Below, in pieces: positions 19,208 to 29,830 of a stretch of DNA of 32,000 nucleotides (position 1 is its first letter; each line of letters starts with the position of its first letter). The stretch comes from Mycoplasmoides genitalium G37 (GTDB taxonomy: Bacteria; Bacillota_I; Bacilli_A; Mycoplasmatales; Mycoplasmoidaceae): NCBI RefSeq assembly GCF_000027325.1, contig NC_000908.2, forward strand, positions 300,001 through 332,000. The letters are read 5' to 3'. Below the pieces are notes generated by a model. That model saw only the letters and a list, made by a program, of their open reading frames with translations, was not told the DNA's origin and searched no databases. Made by a program: the position numbers and the translations under genes.

Positions 19208-20061
19208 TGCCTGAACTTCCTGAAGTAACTACTGTTATTAATGAACTTAAAGAAACTGTTTTAAATAAACCTTTAGATCAAGTTCAAGTTAACCTAAGAA
19301 AGGTTTTGAAAAATATTGATCCTCAATTGCTGAATAAACAATTAAAAAATCAGTTTTTTACTGATATTAAGCGTAAGGGTAAATATATCATTTTTCTTTT
19401 AAGTAATGGTTTGTATTTAGTTTCGCATTTACGTATGGAAGGTAAATACTTTTTTGAAGAAAGAGGTAGTAAATTTAATCAAAAGCATGTTTTAGTAGAA
19501 TTTCATTTTGATGATGGTAGTCAACTCAATTATCATGACACCAGACAATTTGGAACGTTCCATTTGTATGAAAAGTTAGAACAAGCAGCACAATTAAATA
19601 AACTTGCATTTGATCCTCTAGAAGCTGGTTTTGACTATAGGAAAATCTTCCAAAAAGCACAAAATTCAAAACGTAAAGTTAAAACTTTTATTTTAGACCA
19701 AACAGTGATTAGTGGAATTGGCAATATTTATGCAGATGAAATCTTATTTGCAAGCAAAATTAATCCTGAAACAATGGTTGATCAACTAACAATTAAAGAG
19801 ATAGAGATTTTATGTAAAAATGCTACCAAAATTTTAGCTAAAGCAATAGTTATGAAAGGTACTACCATCAGCAGCTTTAGTTTTAAAAAAGATCATACTG
19901 GAGGCTATCAAAACTTTTTAAAAGTTCACACTAAAAAAGATCAACCTTGCTCAGTTTGTAACCAATTAATTGTTAAAAAGAAGATTAATGGAAGGGGGAG
20001 CTATTTTTGTTTAAACTGTCAAAAAATCACAACCAAAGTTTCTACAAAACTCAATCCATAA
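19207..20061 (+). CDS. mutM: Formamidopyrimidine-DNA glycosylase, 284 aa
   Basis: ATG overlaps the upstream TAA (TAATG at 19205-19209). N-terminus is MPELPEV. The C-terminal zinc finger is CSVCNQLIVKKKINGRGSYFCLNCQ. Confidence 0.92.
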   Translation: MPELPEVTTVINELKETVLNKPLDQVQVNLRKVLKNIDPQLLNKQLKNQFFTDIKRKGKYIIFLLSNGLYLVSHLRMEGKYFFEERGSKFNQKHVLVEFHFDDGSQLNYHDTRQFGTFHLYEKLEQAAQLNKLAFDPLEAGFDYRKIFQKAQNSKRKVKTFILDQTVISGIGNIYADEILFASKINPETMVDQLTIKEIEILCKNATKILAKAIVMKGTTISSFSFKKDHTGGYQNFLKVHTKKDQPCSVCNQLIVKKKINGRGSYFCLNCQKITTKVSTKLNP

Positions 20062-20176
20062 ATTTTTTAAAACTTTAAATATCTTAAAATTAACTTTTAA
20101 CAAACTAATTGAAAACTTTATTTAACAAAGTAATGCTGTAATTAATCAATTAGTTAATGAACATTAAATAACATTT

Positions 20177-21052
20177 ATGAAAAACGAAATTAAATATCTT
20201 TATTCTGACTTGGATGGTACTATTGTTAGCTGAAATCCTAAAACAGAATTTGTTTATCAAAATAAAAGTTATAAAAATTTCCATGAAGTTAGTGATGCTA
20301 CTATTAGTGCTTTTTACCGATTGCAACAAAAGGGAATTAAGGTTGGTATTGTTACTGGTAGGGATTATTGTCGGGTGTTATGACTTGAAAAACAACTTAG
20401 AACAGGATTGCCTACCATTACTTTAGATGGGGCTATTATCTTTTATCAAAACGAAATCTTAAGTCAAACTTATTTAGATGATAGATTTATTGAAGGGATT
20501 AATAACATAGTAAAGCGCTTTCCTGAAGCTGCTTATAAACTTAACAGTGGTTGAATTAGTTACTTTACTAAAAACCCTTCTGTTATCTTTGAAATTGATT
20601 ATGCTTTTCTTGGCTATTTCAACCCTAACACCAAACTACAAAAAAAGTTTATAGACAGTACTGAAAATTGAGATCTTAATAAACTAAAAGTTAATCAGGT
20701 TTACTTTGATATTGATACTTGCCCCTTAGCAATGCAAAAGGAAATAATTGAACTAATTAGTGTTAGTGATGTAAATGCCAAAATCTATGAGCACTCTATG
20801 TACATTATTAAAAATGGTGTTTCTAAAGCTAGTGCATTGCAAAGCCTTAACCAGTTTGCAATTCCAATAACAAAAGATAACACTATTGTTTGTGGGGATG
20901 GAGATAATGACATTGAAATGATGCAGTGAGCTAAACACAGTGTCTCACTAATCGGTAGTAATCCCAAATGCTTTGCTCTAGCAAAATACCACACTGATAG
21001 TGTTGACAATGATGGTATTGCTAACTGGATTGAAAAAAACTTGTTATGTTAA
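20177..21052 (+). CDS. Cof-type HAD-superfamily phosphatase, 291 aa
   Basis: ATG 20177. HAD motif I is LYSDLDGTIV and motif IV is GDGDNDIEM. One frame passes through TGA at 20231, 20381, 20552, 20669 and 20927. Stop is TAA 21050-21052. Confidence 0.85.
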
Positions 21053-21642
21053 TTGCAATCGTAGGTAAACCAGGTGTTGGTAAAACCAGTCTATTGCAAT
21101 ATCTCAAAGATAACTATCACTTTTCAGTTTTTTATGCAGATAGTTTTATCCATGAACAGTACCAAAAAAACAATCCAGGTTATCAATTAATCATGGATCA
21201 TTTTGGCAAAGAGTTTGTCAATCAAACTGAAGTTGATCGTAAAAAACTAGCAAACTATGTTTTTAGTGATGATAAGTTAATCGAAAAACTTTCACTAGTA
21301 ACAAAACCGCTGTTAATAGCGTGAATCAAATCCTTAAAAACCCAGTTTCAAAAAAAGCTAGCACTAATAGAGATTGCTGTGATGCTTAACTATTGAAATG
21401 AATATAGATCGTTGTTTGATTATGTGATTAAATTAGAAAGGGATGATCAGCTAGTTAACTTAGCTTTACAACAACGTAATAGTCATAAAAAAGTTAAGGA
21501 TTTGATTAAAGAGCCTAATTGCAAAATAGATACAATTTTCAACAACGATTCGATTGCAACAGCTGCTTTAAAGCTAATTAAGTTGCTAGAAACTTTTTTA
21601 GAAAGAAATAAATGCCGTTGTGATTGTTGTCATATTCAGTAA
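21046..21642 (+). CDS. coaE: Dephospho-CoA kinase, 198 aa
   Basis: ATG 21046 overlaps the upstream gene by 7 nt (ATGTTAA). P-loop IVGKPGVGKTS is present. Track ORFs 21046-21324 and 21412-21642 join through TGA 21322 and 21394. Confidence 0.8.
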
Positions 21643-22414
21643 TAAACTTAGCATTTTTTTTAGCTAAATCAGTGCCATTAACCAAAGCAACTGGCCATTT
21701 AACACTTTGAAATATTTCAACATCATTATCAGCATCACCAAAGACCATAGTCTTTTCAGGATCAAGATTATAATTATCAACTAATACTTTCAATCCATAA
21801 GCCTTATTAACATCTTTTTGCATGATATCAAGAGCAAATGTCATTGAACTCACATAGTTAATATCTTGAATTTGATCTAGTTGTTTTGCTAGAAAAGGAA
21901 CTTTTTCTCTGTTTTTAGTTACCAGTAAGATCTTTGTAATAGTATGTTGCTTAAAATCAAAATCCAAAGCTTTTTCAAACTTGTTAACTATGTAGTTATT
22001 TTCAATGAGATCAATTCCTACTATTTGACTTCTAGTTGAAAGAATTTTAGCTGAATCAAGCTCATGTGTAAAAGCAAAAACCTTTTTATCTGTATAGAAA
22101 TAAAATGTTTCTTGAAATTCCAACAACATTTGCATAATTGCAGGTATTACTTTATTATCAATAGGTTTGATATGAACTGGTTTTTCACTAGCAAAATCAT
22201 AAACAAGTGCACCATTGGAAGAAATTACAGGTAGATTTGGTGTAATAAAGGTAGCTGTGTTTCTAATTAAAATATGGCTTCTACCACTAGCAAAAGTGAT
22301 TCTAATCCCTTTTTTCTGTAAATCCTTTAAAAACTCAACTGTTTGTTCTAATGGAATTTGGTTGCTTGAAAGCAAGGTACCATCAAGGTCAAAAATAATG
22401 TTTTTCAGTTCCAT
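21578..22414 (-). CDS. Cof-type HAD-superfamily phosphatase, 278 aa
   Basis: Intact ORF. Contains MELKNIIFDLDGTLL (motif I) and FGDADNDVEIF (motif IV). True TAA is at 21580-21578. Confidence 0.85.
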   Translation of the reverse strand: MELKNIIFDLDGTLLSSNQIPLEQTVEFLKDLQKKGIRITFASGRSHILIRNTATFITPNLPVISSNGALVYDFASEKPVHIKPIDNKVIPAIMQMLLEFQETFYFYTDKKVFAFTHELDSAKILSTRSQIVGIDLIENNYIVNKFEKALDFDFKQHTITKILLVTKNREKVPFLAKQLDQIQDINYVSSMTFALDIMQKDVNKAYGLKVLVDNYNLDPEKTMVFGDADNDVEIFQSVKWPVALVNGTDLAKKNAKFITEYDNNHNGIYFFLKKFLAT

Positions 22415-22432
22415 TTAGCTATATACTTTTAT

Positions 22433-24811
22433 CTATTTTTTTAAAAGAACATTAATAATTCGATCCTGAACATAAACTACCCTCTCAATCGGTTGGTTGA
22501 GAATGTCATTTATCTCTTTATCCTGTTTAAATGATTCTAAAACATCTATCTCTAAACTACCTTTAGTAAATTCTTTAGCTGCTTTAAATTTGCCATTAAT
22601 TGAAAGAATAACCTTAGTTTTAGCAGTCTCAAAAAGTTGATAATCAACTAAAGAAATCGCTTGTTTAACAACAAATGGTTCAAGTCCACATTTTTCATTC
22701 AATTCTTCAGCAAGAAAGGGCGCAAAAAACGACAGTACTGTTAAAAATCCCTTTGCATAATTTAAGCTAATTTTTTTGGTTTTATAGAGAAAGTTTAAAA
22801 AGATCATCATTTCACTAATCACCAGATTTAGTTCATGTTTGTCAAGATGACAATAACTGTTTTTTAAAAACAAATTGTAAGCAAAGATTGTCTCTTGACT
22901 AACTTGATCAGTAACAACAGCATGATTAAAAAAGAAGTTATAAACTCGATCCAATCACCTTCTCATCCCGTTTAACCCTTCATCATTTCAAGTTAAACTA
23001 GCACTAATTGGGCCCATAAACATTAAGTACAACCTTAAAGCATCTGCTCCATGTGAATCAACAAGTGGTGTGGGGTTAATGGTATTACCTTTGGATTTGG
23101 ACATCTTTTTACCATCAGGACCTAACACCATACCCTGATTAATTAATTTTTGAAATGGTTCTTTTGTTGATACTAGCTTCTTGTCAAACAAAAATTTGTG
23201 TCAAAAACGGGCATACAAAAGGTGTAAAACTGCATGTTCCGCACCCCCAACATAAAGATCAACTGGAAGGTATTGATCAAATAATTTCTTCGCTTCTTTT
23301 GAATCAATTGGTCAAAAATTAGGGTTTTTAATCAACATTAAATAACCCAGATAATACCAACAAGAACCAGCTCATTGGGGCATGGTATTAGTTTCCCTTT
23401 GGTAATGGATGTTATCTTTGACTATGTTTACCCAAGCTTGATTTCTCATTAGTGGAGAATTACCACTTCCATCTGGTTTGTAATTCTCAAGTAAGGGTAA
23501 TTCAACAGGGAGTTGTTCTACCAAATGAGGAGTGTTATTTTCATCAAAAATAATTGGAAAAGGTTCGCCCCAATAACGCTGTCTACTGAAGATCCAATCA
23601 CGCAGTTTATATACAGTTGTTAATTTCGCTTTATTTTGTGAAATTAACTCATTAGTAATAGCTACTTGTGCTTCTTTAGTTGTTAATCCGTTATATGCAA
23701 ATGAATTTTGCAGCCGTTCTTTTTTATCAATGACGTTGATAATTTTCAACTTTTGTTTACGTGCGAAGAAGTTATCATTTTCATTGTGTGCTCCAACACC
23801 CATAATAGCATCTGTTCCATATCCTTCAATTACATAGTTAGCAACATAGACAGGGATCAATTCATTTGTAAGAGGGTGAATAGCATTTGTTAATAAATCT
23901 ATCCCATCATATAAAGTTGCTTTTTGCTTTAAAGTTGTGGTTTTCTGGAGTTGTTTTTTTAAAAAACTAGCTACTTTTTTATTTGTTTCTGCTATCTTTT
24001 TTGCTAACCAATGGTTGGTTGAAACTGCAAGAAAACTAACCCCAAAAATTGTTTGTGGTTTAGTTGTAAAAATTGCAATAGCTTCCTTATGATCTTTTAG
24101 TTGAAAGTTAATAGTAACACCTTTACTTTTACCAATTCAGTTCCGTTGCATCTCTTTAATTGGTTCAGGTCAATCAAGTGTATCTAAGCCTTCAAGAAGT
24201 GCATCAGCAAAAGTAGTGATTTTCAAAACTCACTGTTTCATCTTGCGTTTTTCAACTGAAAATGAACCCCTTTCACTAACTGCGTTGCCATTACTATCAA
24301 TTAAAACTTCTTCATTAGCCAATACAGTACCTAGCTGTTCACACCAATTAACATCAATATCAACTAATTCCGCTAGGTTTGCTTTAAACAGCTCACTGAA
24401 GATCCATTGTGTGTATTTGTAATAACGTGGATCAGTTGTTTTGAGACTTAAATGATAGTCATAATCAAAACCAAAACTAGTTAATTGATTAATAAAGTTA
24501 TTAATGTTTTGATCTGTTCAACTGCCAGGGTTTTGATTAGAGTTAATAGCATACTGTTCAGCAGGTAAACCAAAAGCATCAAAACCAATCGGATGGATCA
24601 CATTAAATCCTTTAGCTTTGTAATACCTACTTATTACATCAGTGATAGTATAAGCTCTAACATGTCCTAAATGTAATCCTGCTGCTGAGGGATAAGGGAA
24701 CATGTCAAGGACATAATATTTCTTTTTGTTACTATCGCTTTCAAAGCGGTTAACATCTTTGTTTTTTCATTTTTTTAACCACTTTTCTTCAATTAAATTG
24801 TGATTGTACAT
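22433..24811 (-). CDS. leuS: Leucyl-tRNA synthetase, 792 aa
   Basis: ATG 24811-24809. Four track pieces plus untracked stretches are one frame; I checked every gap and found only TGA codons. Motifs: [19 protein letters not shown] (HIGH-type), [10 protein letters not shown] (KMSKS), [11 protein letters not shown]-like [12 protein letters not shown]. Stop is TAG 22435-22433. Confidence 0.95.
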
Positions 24812-25159
24812 CTAATTGCTTTGATAAGAACGCTTGATTGCATATTTAGTTAAGCGATAGAGTATGTCAACAATAATCGCAATAATCAAACCAAATAACA
24901 ACCCAAAGCCAACAGGGATAAAAAAGTGAACCATTGTTTTAAATAAGACTGGTTGGTTTGCAACTGTGGCATTAAACCAACTGTTAATGTTGGGAAAAAT
25001 CGTTAAAATAATCCCACTAGCATCACTGGAAGCGAGTAAATCAGCCCACTGAGCTGTTTGGTATGTATTAAGTCAAAAACTACCAATAAAAATAAAAAAC
25101 CCAATTACCATCAAAAAAACTAGGATTGCAATTTTCACTAGTTTAAACAAAAGTGTCAT
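24812..25159 (-). CDS. Small two-helix membrane protein, 115 aa, hypothetical (absent from the ORF track)
   Basis: ATG 25159-25157. All codons checked: one TGA at 25075-25073 and none further. TAG 24814-24812 abuts the leuS ATG. Helices are IAILVFLMVIGFFIFIGSFW and FFIPVGFGLLFGLIIAIIV. Confidence 0.6.
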
Positions 25160-25192
25160 TGTAGTTTTCAGTAAGTTATTTCAATTATAAAG

Positions 25193-25879
25193 TTAGATAA
25201 ATTTTCAATCTAACTTTTGTAACTTTAATTTTTCAAGGATCATTTTAATAATAGTTACTATTGGTAGTTTTGCATCTATAATACAGTAATTAATCCCAAA
25301 ATCATTACAAACCGCTTCCATAAATCCAGTGTAAACCCTGTGTAAATTTTGAAAGTAAAGTTGATTTTTAGTAAAGTTATCAATCTCTACTTTGCGGTTA
25401 CGCATAAATAGTCTTTTTTCAAATAATTTTCAATCCCCATCCAAAATGACATATAAATTAGGAACCCCATGCTTATTAACTAGTTCTTTTGCTAATCTAT
25501 TTCACAGTTGGTTATAGTATGAAAAGACTGCAGGACGAATGATGTTGTGCTTAGCAAACAACCAGTCTTCAAAGATAGAACGATCAAAAATGGTTGGATT
25601 GATAGTGTTGCAATTGTTCTGGTATTTACCAAAGCGATTAAGCGTAAAATAAAGCTGAAACAAAGGTGAATAGAGCAATTCATCACTACGTTCATACATC
25701 TTTGCTAGTAAAAGTTCAACCAACTGGTCATTAGTTTCCAATTCACAAACAACTTTTGCAGCTTGAATGTGGTTAGCTAATGTATTAGCAATGGTGGTTT
25801 TTCCTAAAGCAATCATTCCCCCGATCACAATACAATTAGCAATTTTATTTGGTTGAAAATGGGGCTTTTTTAGTTGCAT
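25193..25879 (-). CDS. Deoxynucleoside (deoxyguanosine/deoxyadenosine-type) kinase, 228 aa
   Basis: ATG 25879-25877. P-loop IGGMIALGKTT and the DRS motif (IFDRSIFED) are present. Pieces 25502-25879 and 25205-25405 join through TGA 25504-25502, 25432-25430 and 25207-25205. Stop is TAA 25195-25193. Confidence 0.8.
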
Positions 25880-25921
25880 ATAAACACTTTTTAATATGTT
25901 GGGTTAAGGTTTATTTTTAAT

Positions 25922-26005
25922 AAAAAACCATCACACTCACTGACAAGTCTTAATGCTGCTCCATTTCTGGCCTGACATGATTCGACTCTAATGATGTGAT
26001 GGTTC
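25922..26005 (-). ncRNA. ffs: Signal recognition particle RNA (small 4.5S-type)
   Basis: A closing stem pairs AACCATCACA (25926-25935) with TGTGATGGTT (25995-26004). The minus-strand apex GUCAGGCCA-GAAA-UGGAGCAGC parallels the conserved domain IV GUCAGGUCC-GGAA-GGAAGCAGC of E. coli 4.5S RNA, with a GNRA tetraloop. The stem is followed by U6. Ends are approximate. Confidence 0.75.
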
Positions 26006-26008
26006 TAA

Positions 26009-26017
26009 ATTCTAACA
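26009..26017 (-). promoter_or_regulatory. Extended -10 promoter (TGTTAGAAT) for the SRP RNA
   Basis: The minus strand reads TGTTAGAAT, then TTAG, then the first base of the closing stem. That spacing places a start site at about 26005-26003. Confidence 0.45.
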
Positions 26018-26029
26018 ATTATTTAAATC

Positions 26030-27052
26030 TTAATCAATTAATTTACTAACCCTGTTAATAGAATTGGATTTGGGTTGTGTAGTGCCTCTAGGCAATGAAC
26101 TTGAATTTGATTTTTTAGATGGTTTGATCGGTTCATTCTCTTGATCTAATTGCTGTTGTGACGCTGGAGTTTCTTGTTGATAATTTGTTGGCGTTGAATG
26201 ATCAAGTTTAGTAATTTCAGCTATCTTTTTTGTTAGTTTTGCTTTGGTTTTTTCAAACTGCTTAATGAAGTTAGTAAAGCCAGTCTTTGGATTCTTAGTT
26301 TCATCAAAAATGGTTGCAATAATCTCATCAAGCTTGGTGAAATCAATTTCTATTTCGGTGGTGAGCTTTTGGTGTTTTTGAAGCGAATTTACAACTAACT
26401 TATATGCTTTTTTTAATGCTTGCTTTTCTTTTTCAGCGGTTTTTAAAAGTGATTGGGTTTCACTAATTTCCCCATCTTTAAGTGCTAACTTGTCTTCAAA
26501 TACGGTTTGGATGTGTTGATCACGTTTATAAATTGCTTCATTACACTGCACTTCATATTCCTTTAACAATTCCTCTACATTAATACTTTCATGTTCTTCA
26601 ATTAGTTTCTTATTGGCTTCTTTTATTGCATGTAACTGTTTATTTAATGCTTCAATTTGGTGTTCTTTTGCTTCTACCAGCTGCTGCATTTGGATAATTT
26701 CACTTTCACTTTGTTTGAGTTGTGAGAAAAGTTCGCTGTTCTGTTGAACTTGACGGTTAATCTCTCCTTCCAAGCGTACCTTAAGTTGTTCTTGCAAACT
26801 TAAGATCCTTTTTAAACGTTCTTTTTCACTTCTCGCTTCAGGACCAAACTTTTTTAATAACAAAACAAGCATCTGGTTCCAATCAACATTTTTTGGGTTG
26901 CTTGTTCGTAGTTTGACATAAGCAGTTTTTGCTTGTTCTAAAAAAACATCAAGCTGGGCTTTGGAAGCAAAGGGAAACTTGGCTAAAAAGAAGTTAATAG
27001 TTTCTCTTCTTTGAAAGTCATCAAAGTCTCTATAGTAATCAAAATTATTCAT
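26030..27052 (-). CDS. Coiled-coil protein, 340 aa, hypothetical (from memory syntenic with M. pneumoniae MPN387)
   Basis: Intact ORF. The long central Glu/Lys/Gln-rich stretch is coiled-coil-like in composition (LQEQLKVRLEGEINRQVQQNSELFSQLKQSESEIIQMQQLVEAKEHQIEALNKQLHAIKEANKKLIEEHE). The tail is low-complexity and polar. The ATG overlaps the upstream ORF by 8 nt. Confidence 0.8.
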   Translation of the reverse strand: MNNFDYYRDFDDFQRRETINFFLAKFPFASKAQLDVFLEQAKTAYVKLRTSNPKNVDWNQMLVLLLKKFGPEARSEKERLKRILSLQEQLKVRLEGEINRQVQQNSELFSQLKQSESEIIQMQQLVEAKEHQIEALNKQLHAIKEANKKLIEEHESINVEELLKEYEVQCNEAIYKRDQHIQTVFEDKLALKDGEISETQSLLKTAEKEKQALKKAYKLVVNSLQKHQKLTTEIEIDFTKLDEIIATIFDETKNPKTGFTNFIKQFEKTKAKLTKKIAEITKLDHSTPTNYQQETPASQQQLDQENEPIKPSKKSNSSSLPRGTTQPKSNSINRVSKLID

Positions 27053-27431
27053 GGAAAGCTAATTCTCTAAAGAAGCTAATGATAGCATCAGGATCATTAA
27101 AGTCTAAATCATAATGGTGTCTAACATAAACACTAACAAAACTAAAGATTGCTAAAACAAAACTAGTAAAGAGAAAAAACGGGAGTTTATTGCCATGGTT
27201 TTTAACAAACAAATCTAACTTTTCATTAGCAATTTTTTTAAAACTAACTACATCACTAAACTGGTTAGGATCTAGTAAATAGTTGTTAAGATCACTAACT
27301 TTACTTTCAACCCATTCCAAGTTAGCTTGGTTATATTGAAATTCACTTTTAATAGTTGCAAAATCAGTTTTTTCAACCTTGTTCAAAATTGATTTGAAGC
27401 CATTTGTGTATTTTTGAACAAAACTATCCAT
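27045..27431 (-). CDS. Hypothetical 128-aa protein with one C-terminal transmembrane helix
   Basis: ATG 27431-27429 lies 1 nt after the lplA TAA (TAAAATG). The track start at 27446 is a TTG inside lplA. Helix is LPFFLFTSFVLAIFSFVSVYV. Stop is TAA 27047-27045. Confidence 0.6.
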   Translation of the reverse strand: MDSFVQKYTNGFKSILNKVEKTDFATIKSEFQYNQANLEWVESKVSDLNNYLLDPNQFSDVVSFKKIANEKLDLFVKNHGNKLPFFLFTSFVLAIFSFVSVYVRHHYDLDFNDPDAIISFFRELAFHE

Positions 27432-27432
27432 T

Positions 27433-28443
27433 TTACTTGTTATCAAATATTACTCCTAAGAGTTGCTCAGGTTTTAAACTGCCAAAGTAATCACTAAAAT
27501 GATCAAGTTCATTGAAGAGTTTTTCAAAGGTTTTATAATCGTACTTCTGACCAATTAGTTTTTTTGTTACTGGGGTGATATCAACAACACTTAAAAAGTC
27601 CCCATAAAACTTAATATCAACAACTGTTCCTTTCTCTACTTGAACATTGCACTCAAATAAACCAGCATTATTAAAATAACGCTTGTTTTTAAAGTTGTAT
27701 TCATAAGTTTTACCAAAGTTTCACTCCCATGATTGAAAGTGTTCTTTTGCTCTTTTTTCAACCTTTGCTAGTGCATCTTTAGTTAAAACAATTGTTTCTG
27801 CTTTTTCAGTAACAGTGAAAAAATTAATCATCTCTTCTAAAAATTTTGCTGTTGTTCAATTTGGTAAATACTCCTTTACATTAACAACGCGCTTAGCAAC
27901 ACTGTCAACACCCTTACTTGCTATCTTGGTCTTATCAACATTTAAATACTTTGCTAACTTAGAAAAGTCAGTGTCAAACAATAATGTTCCATGGACTAAT
28001 AACCTGTCTTTAGCGATATATTCAGCTAACCCAGAAAACTTCTTGTTATTAATCTCAAGGTCATTACGACCATGAAATACAGCAGGTACATTTAAGCTAT
28101 TTAAGAACTTCACCACATTTCTTGTAGTTTGTTCATAAGCATTTTCCATCACTTTACCTGTTCTTGGCAAAATAATAGAAAAACAGATGTTACCAAGGTC
28201 ATGAAACACCGCTCCCCCGCCTGAAAAACGTCTAAACAAGTTAACCTTATCACTTTCCAACTCCTTTAAGTTAACCTCAGCATAAGTATTTTGGTTTCTT
28301 CCCACCACAATAGTGTTAGCGTTCTGCCAAAAGTAGATGACCTTAACTAACTCATTTTTTCTAAATTCAGTTAGCAATCACTCCTCTAAAGCTGCATTAA
28401 AATACGGATTGAAAACAGGGGAAGTAATAATGAAAGTTTGCAT
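27433..28443 (-). CDS. lplA: Lipoate-protein ligase A, 336 aa
   Basis: ATG 28443-28441 gives MQTFIITSPVFNPYFNAALEEW. RRFSGGGAVFHDLGN motif is present. Track ORF 27856-28377 extends through TGA 28380-28378, 27858-27856 and 27723-27721. Every codon was checked down to TAA 27435-27433. Confidence 0.9.
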
Positions 28444-28453
28444 CAACTACCAA

Positions 28454-29827
28454 TTAACTAAAGTAATCAAAGATCGCTTTTTTACAAACATCAGTTACCA
28501 TTTCATTCATGGTAGGATGGGGTGAGATAGAATTGGCAATATCAAACACAGTGAGGTTGTTTTCCATCACCAAAGCAAGCTCAGCGATAATATCACTAGC
28601 AGTGCTAGCAATAATACATCCACCTAAGATAGCACCAGTTTTAGGATTAAACATCATCTTGACAAACCCATTGGTTTCATGATCTGCAATTGCTTTACCA
28701 CTATAAATAAATGGCAAGGAAGATTTGACATAATCAATCTTTTCTTTTTGCAATTCCATCTCACTATAACCTACAAAAGCAACTTCAGGATTTGTGTAAA
28801 TACAAGCAGGACACTTGTTTTTTTCAGCAGGCTTTACCTGGTTTTGGTTCAAAATTTGATCAACAGCATATCTGCCCTGTTGGTAAGCGTAGTGTGCCAA
28901 CATCATTTGCGTGTTAACATCACCTATTAGATAGATGTTTGTAGTTGATGTTTGTAGTTTTTCATTTAAAACAATTTTGTTGTTATGGTCACGTTTTAAA
29001 TCAAGTTGATCTAAACACTCTGTGTTAGCAATTCTTCCTATAGAAACTAAGATTTTATCACCAATTACAGACTGTTCAACTCCATTAACTGTGTAAAACA
29101 GTTGGTTGTTTTCAGCTCTAACAACATGAGCATTGGTAATAATCTGAACTCCTTTGTTTTTTAAGGTTTTACTTATCAGTTCAGAAACATCACTATCACA
29201 AACCTCCAAAATCCTATCAACACCTTGGATAATGGTCACTTCACTCCCTAATGAAGCAAATAAAAAAGCAAACTCAACCCCAATCACACCTCCCCCAACT
29301 ACAACAAACTTCTTAGGTACTCCCTCTAAAGCCAAAGCTTGGGTTGAGTCAATGATAAACCCAGCTTGTTGTGCTTTTTCAAACCCTGGTAAAGTTAAGT
29401 ATCTTGGTCTTGATCCGGTTGCAACAATAATGTTGTTAGTGGTGTAAGTTGTGTTGTTTACTTGCACCTTGTTTTTATCTATAACAGTAGCTTCACCTTC
29501 AATACTTTCTACCTTAGCACCCTTAATAATTGTTTTTACCCCTGCAACTAATTTATCAACTACTTCCTGTTTTTGTTTTAACAGTTGTTTTCAATCAAGT
29601 TTAGCTTGACCATTAATAGTGATACCATAATCTTTGGCATGAACTAAATAATCAATAATCTTTGCTCTTTTTAACAACGTTTTAGTTGGGATACACCCAA
29701 CATTTAAACACACCCCACCAAAGTATTGCTTTTCAATCACTAGGGTTTTAAGTTTATGTTTGCCAGCATACTCCGCAGCAATATAACCAGCAGGGCCAGC
29801 ACCCAAAATAATTAGATCATAATCCAT
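28454..29827 (-). CDS. pdhD: Dihydrolipoamide dehydrogenase (E3), 457 aa
   Basis: ATG 29827-29825. FAD motif ILGAGPAGY and redox disulfide GGVCLNVGCIPTK are present. Pieces 29591-29827 and 28454-29467 join through TGA 29593-29591. Stop is TAA 28456-28454. Confidence 0.93.
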
Positions 29828-29830
29828 AAA

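Noticed and set aside
21613-21642. Cys cluster KCRCDCCH at the coaE C-terminus, considered as a metal-binding site.
   Set aside because: It lies in the 65-nt region constrained by the antisense HAD gene and extends beyond the usual CoaE fold. It is more likely a by-product of the overlap.
20214-24422. Assorted track ORFs: 20214-20426 plus, 20753-20938 minus, 20785-21009 minus, 22215-22418 plus, 23708-23893 plus, 24216-24422 plus.
   Set aside because: They are off-frame or antisense within the Cof phosphatase genes and leuS.
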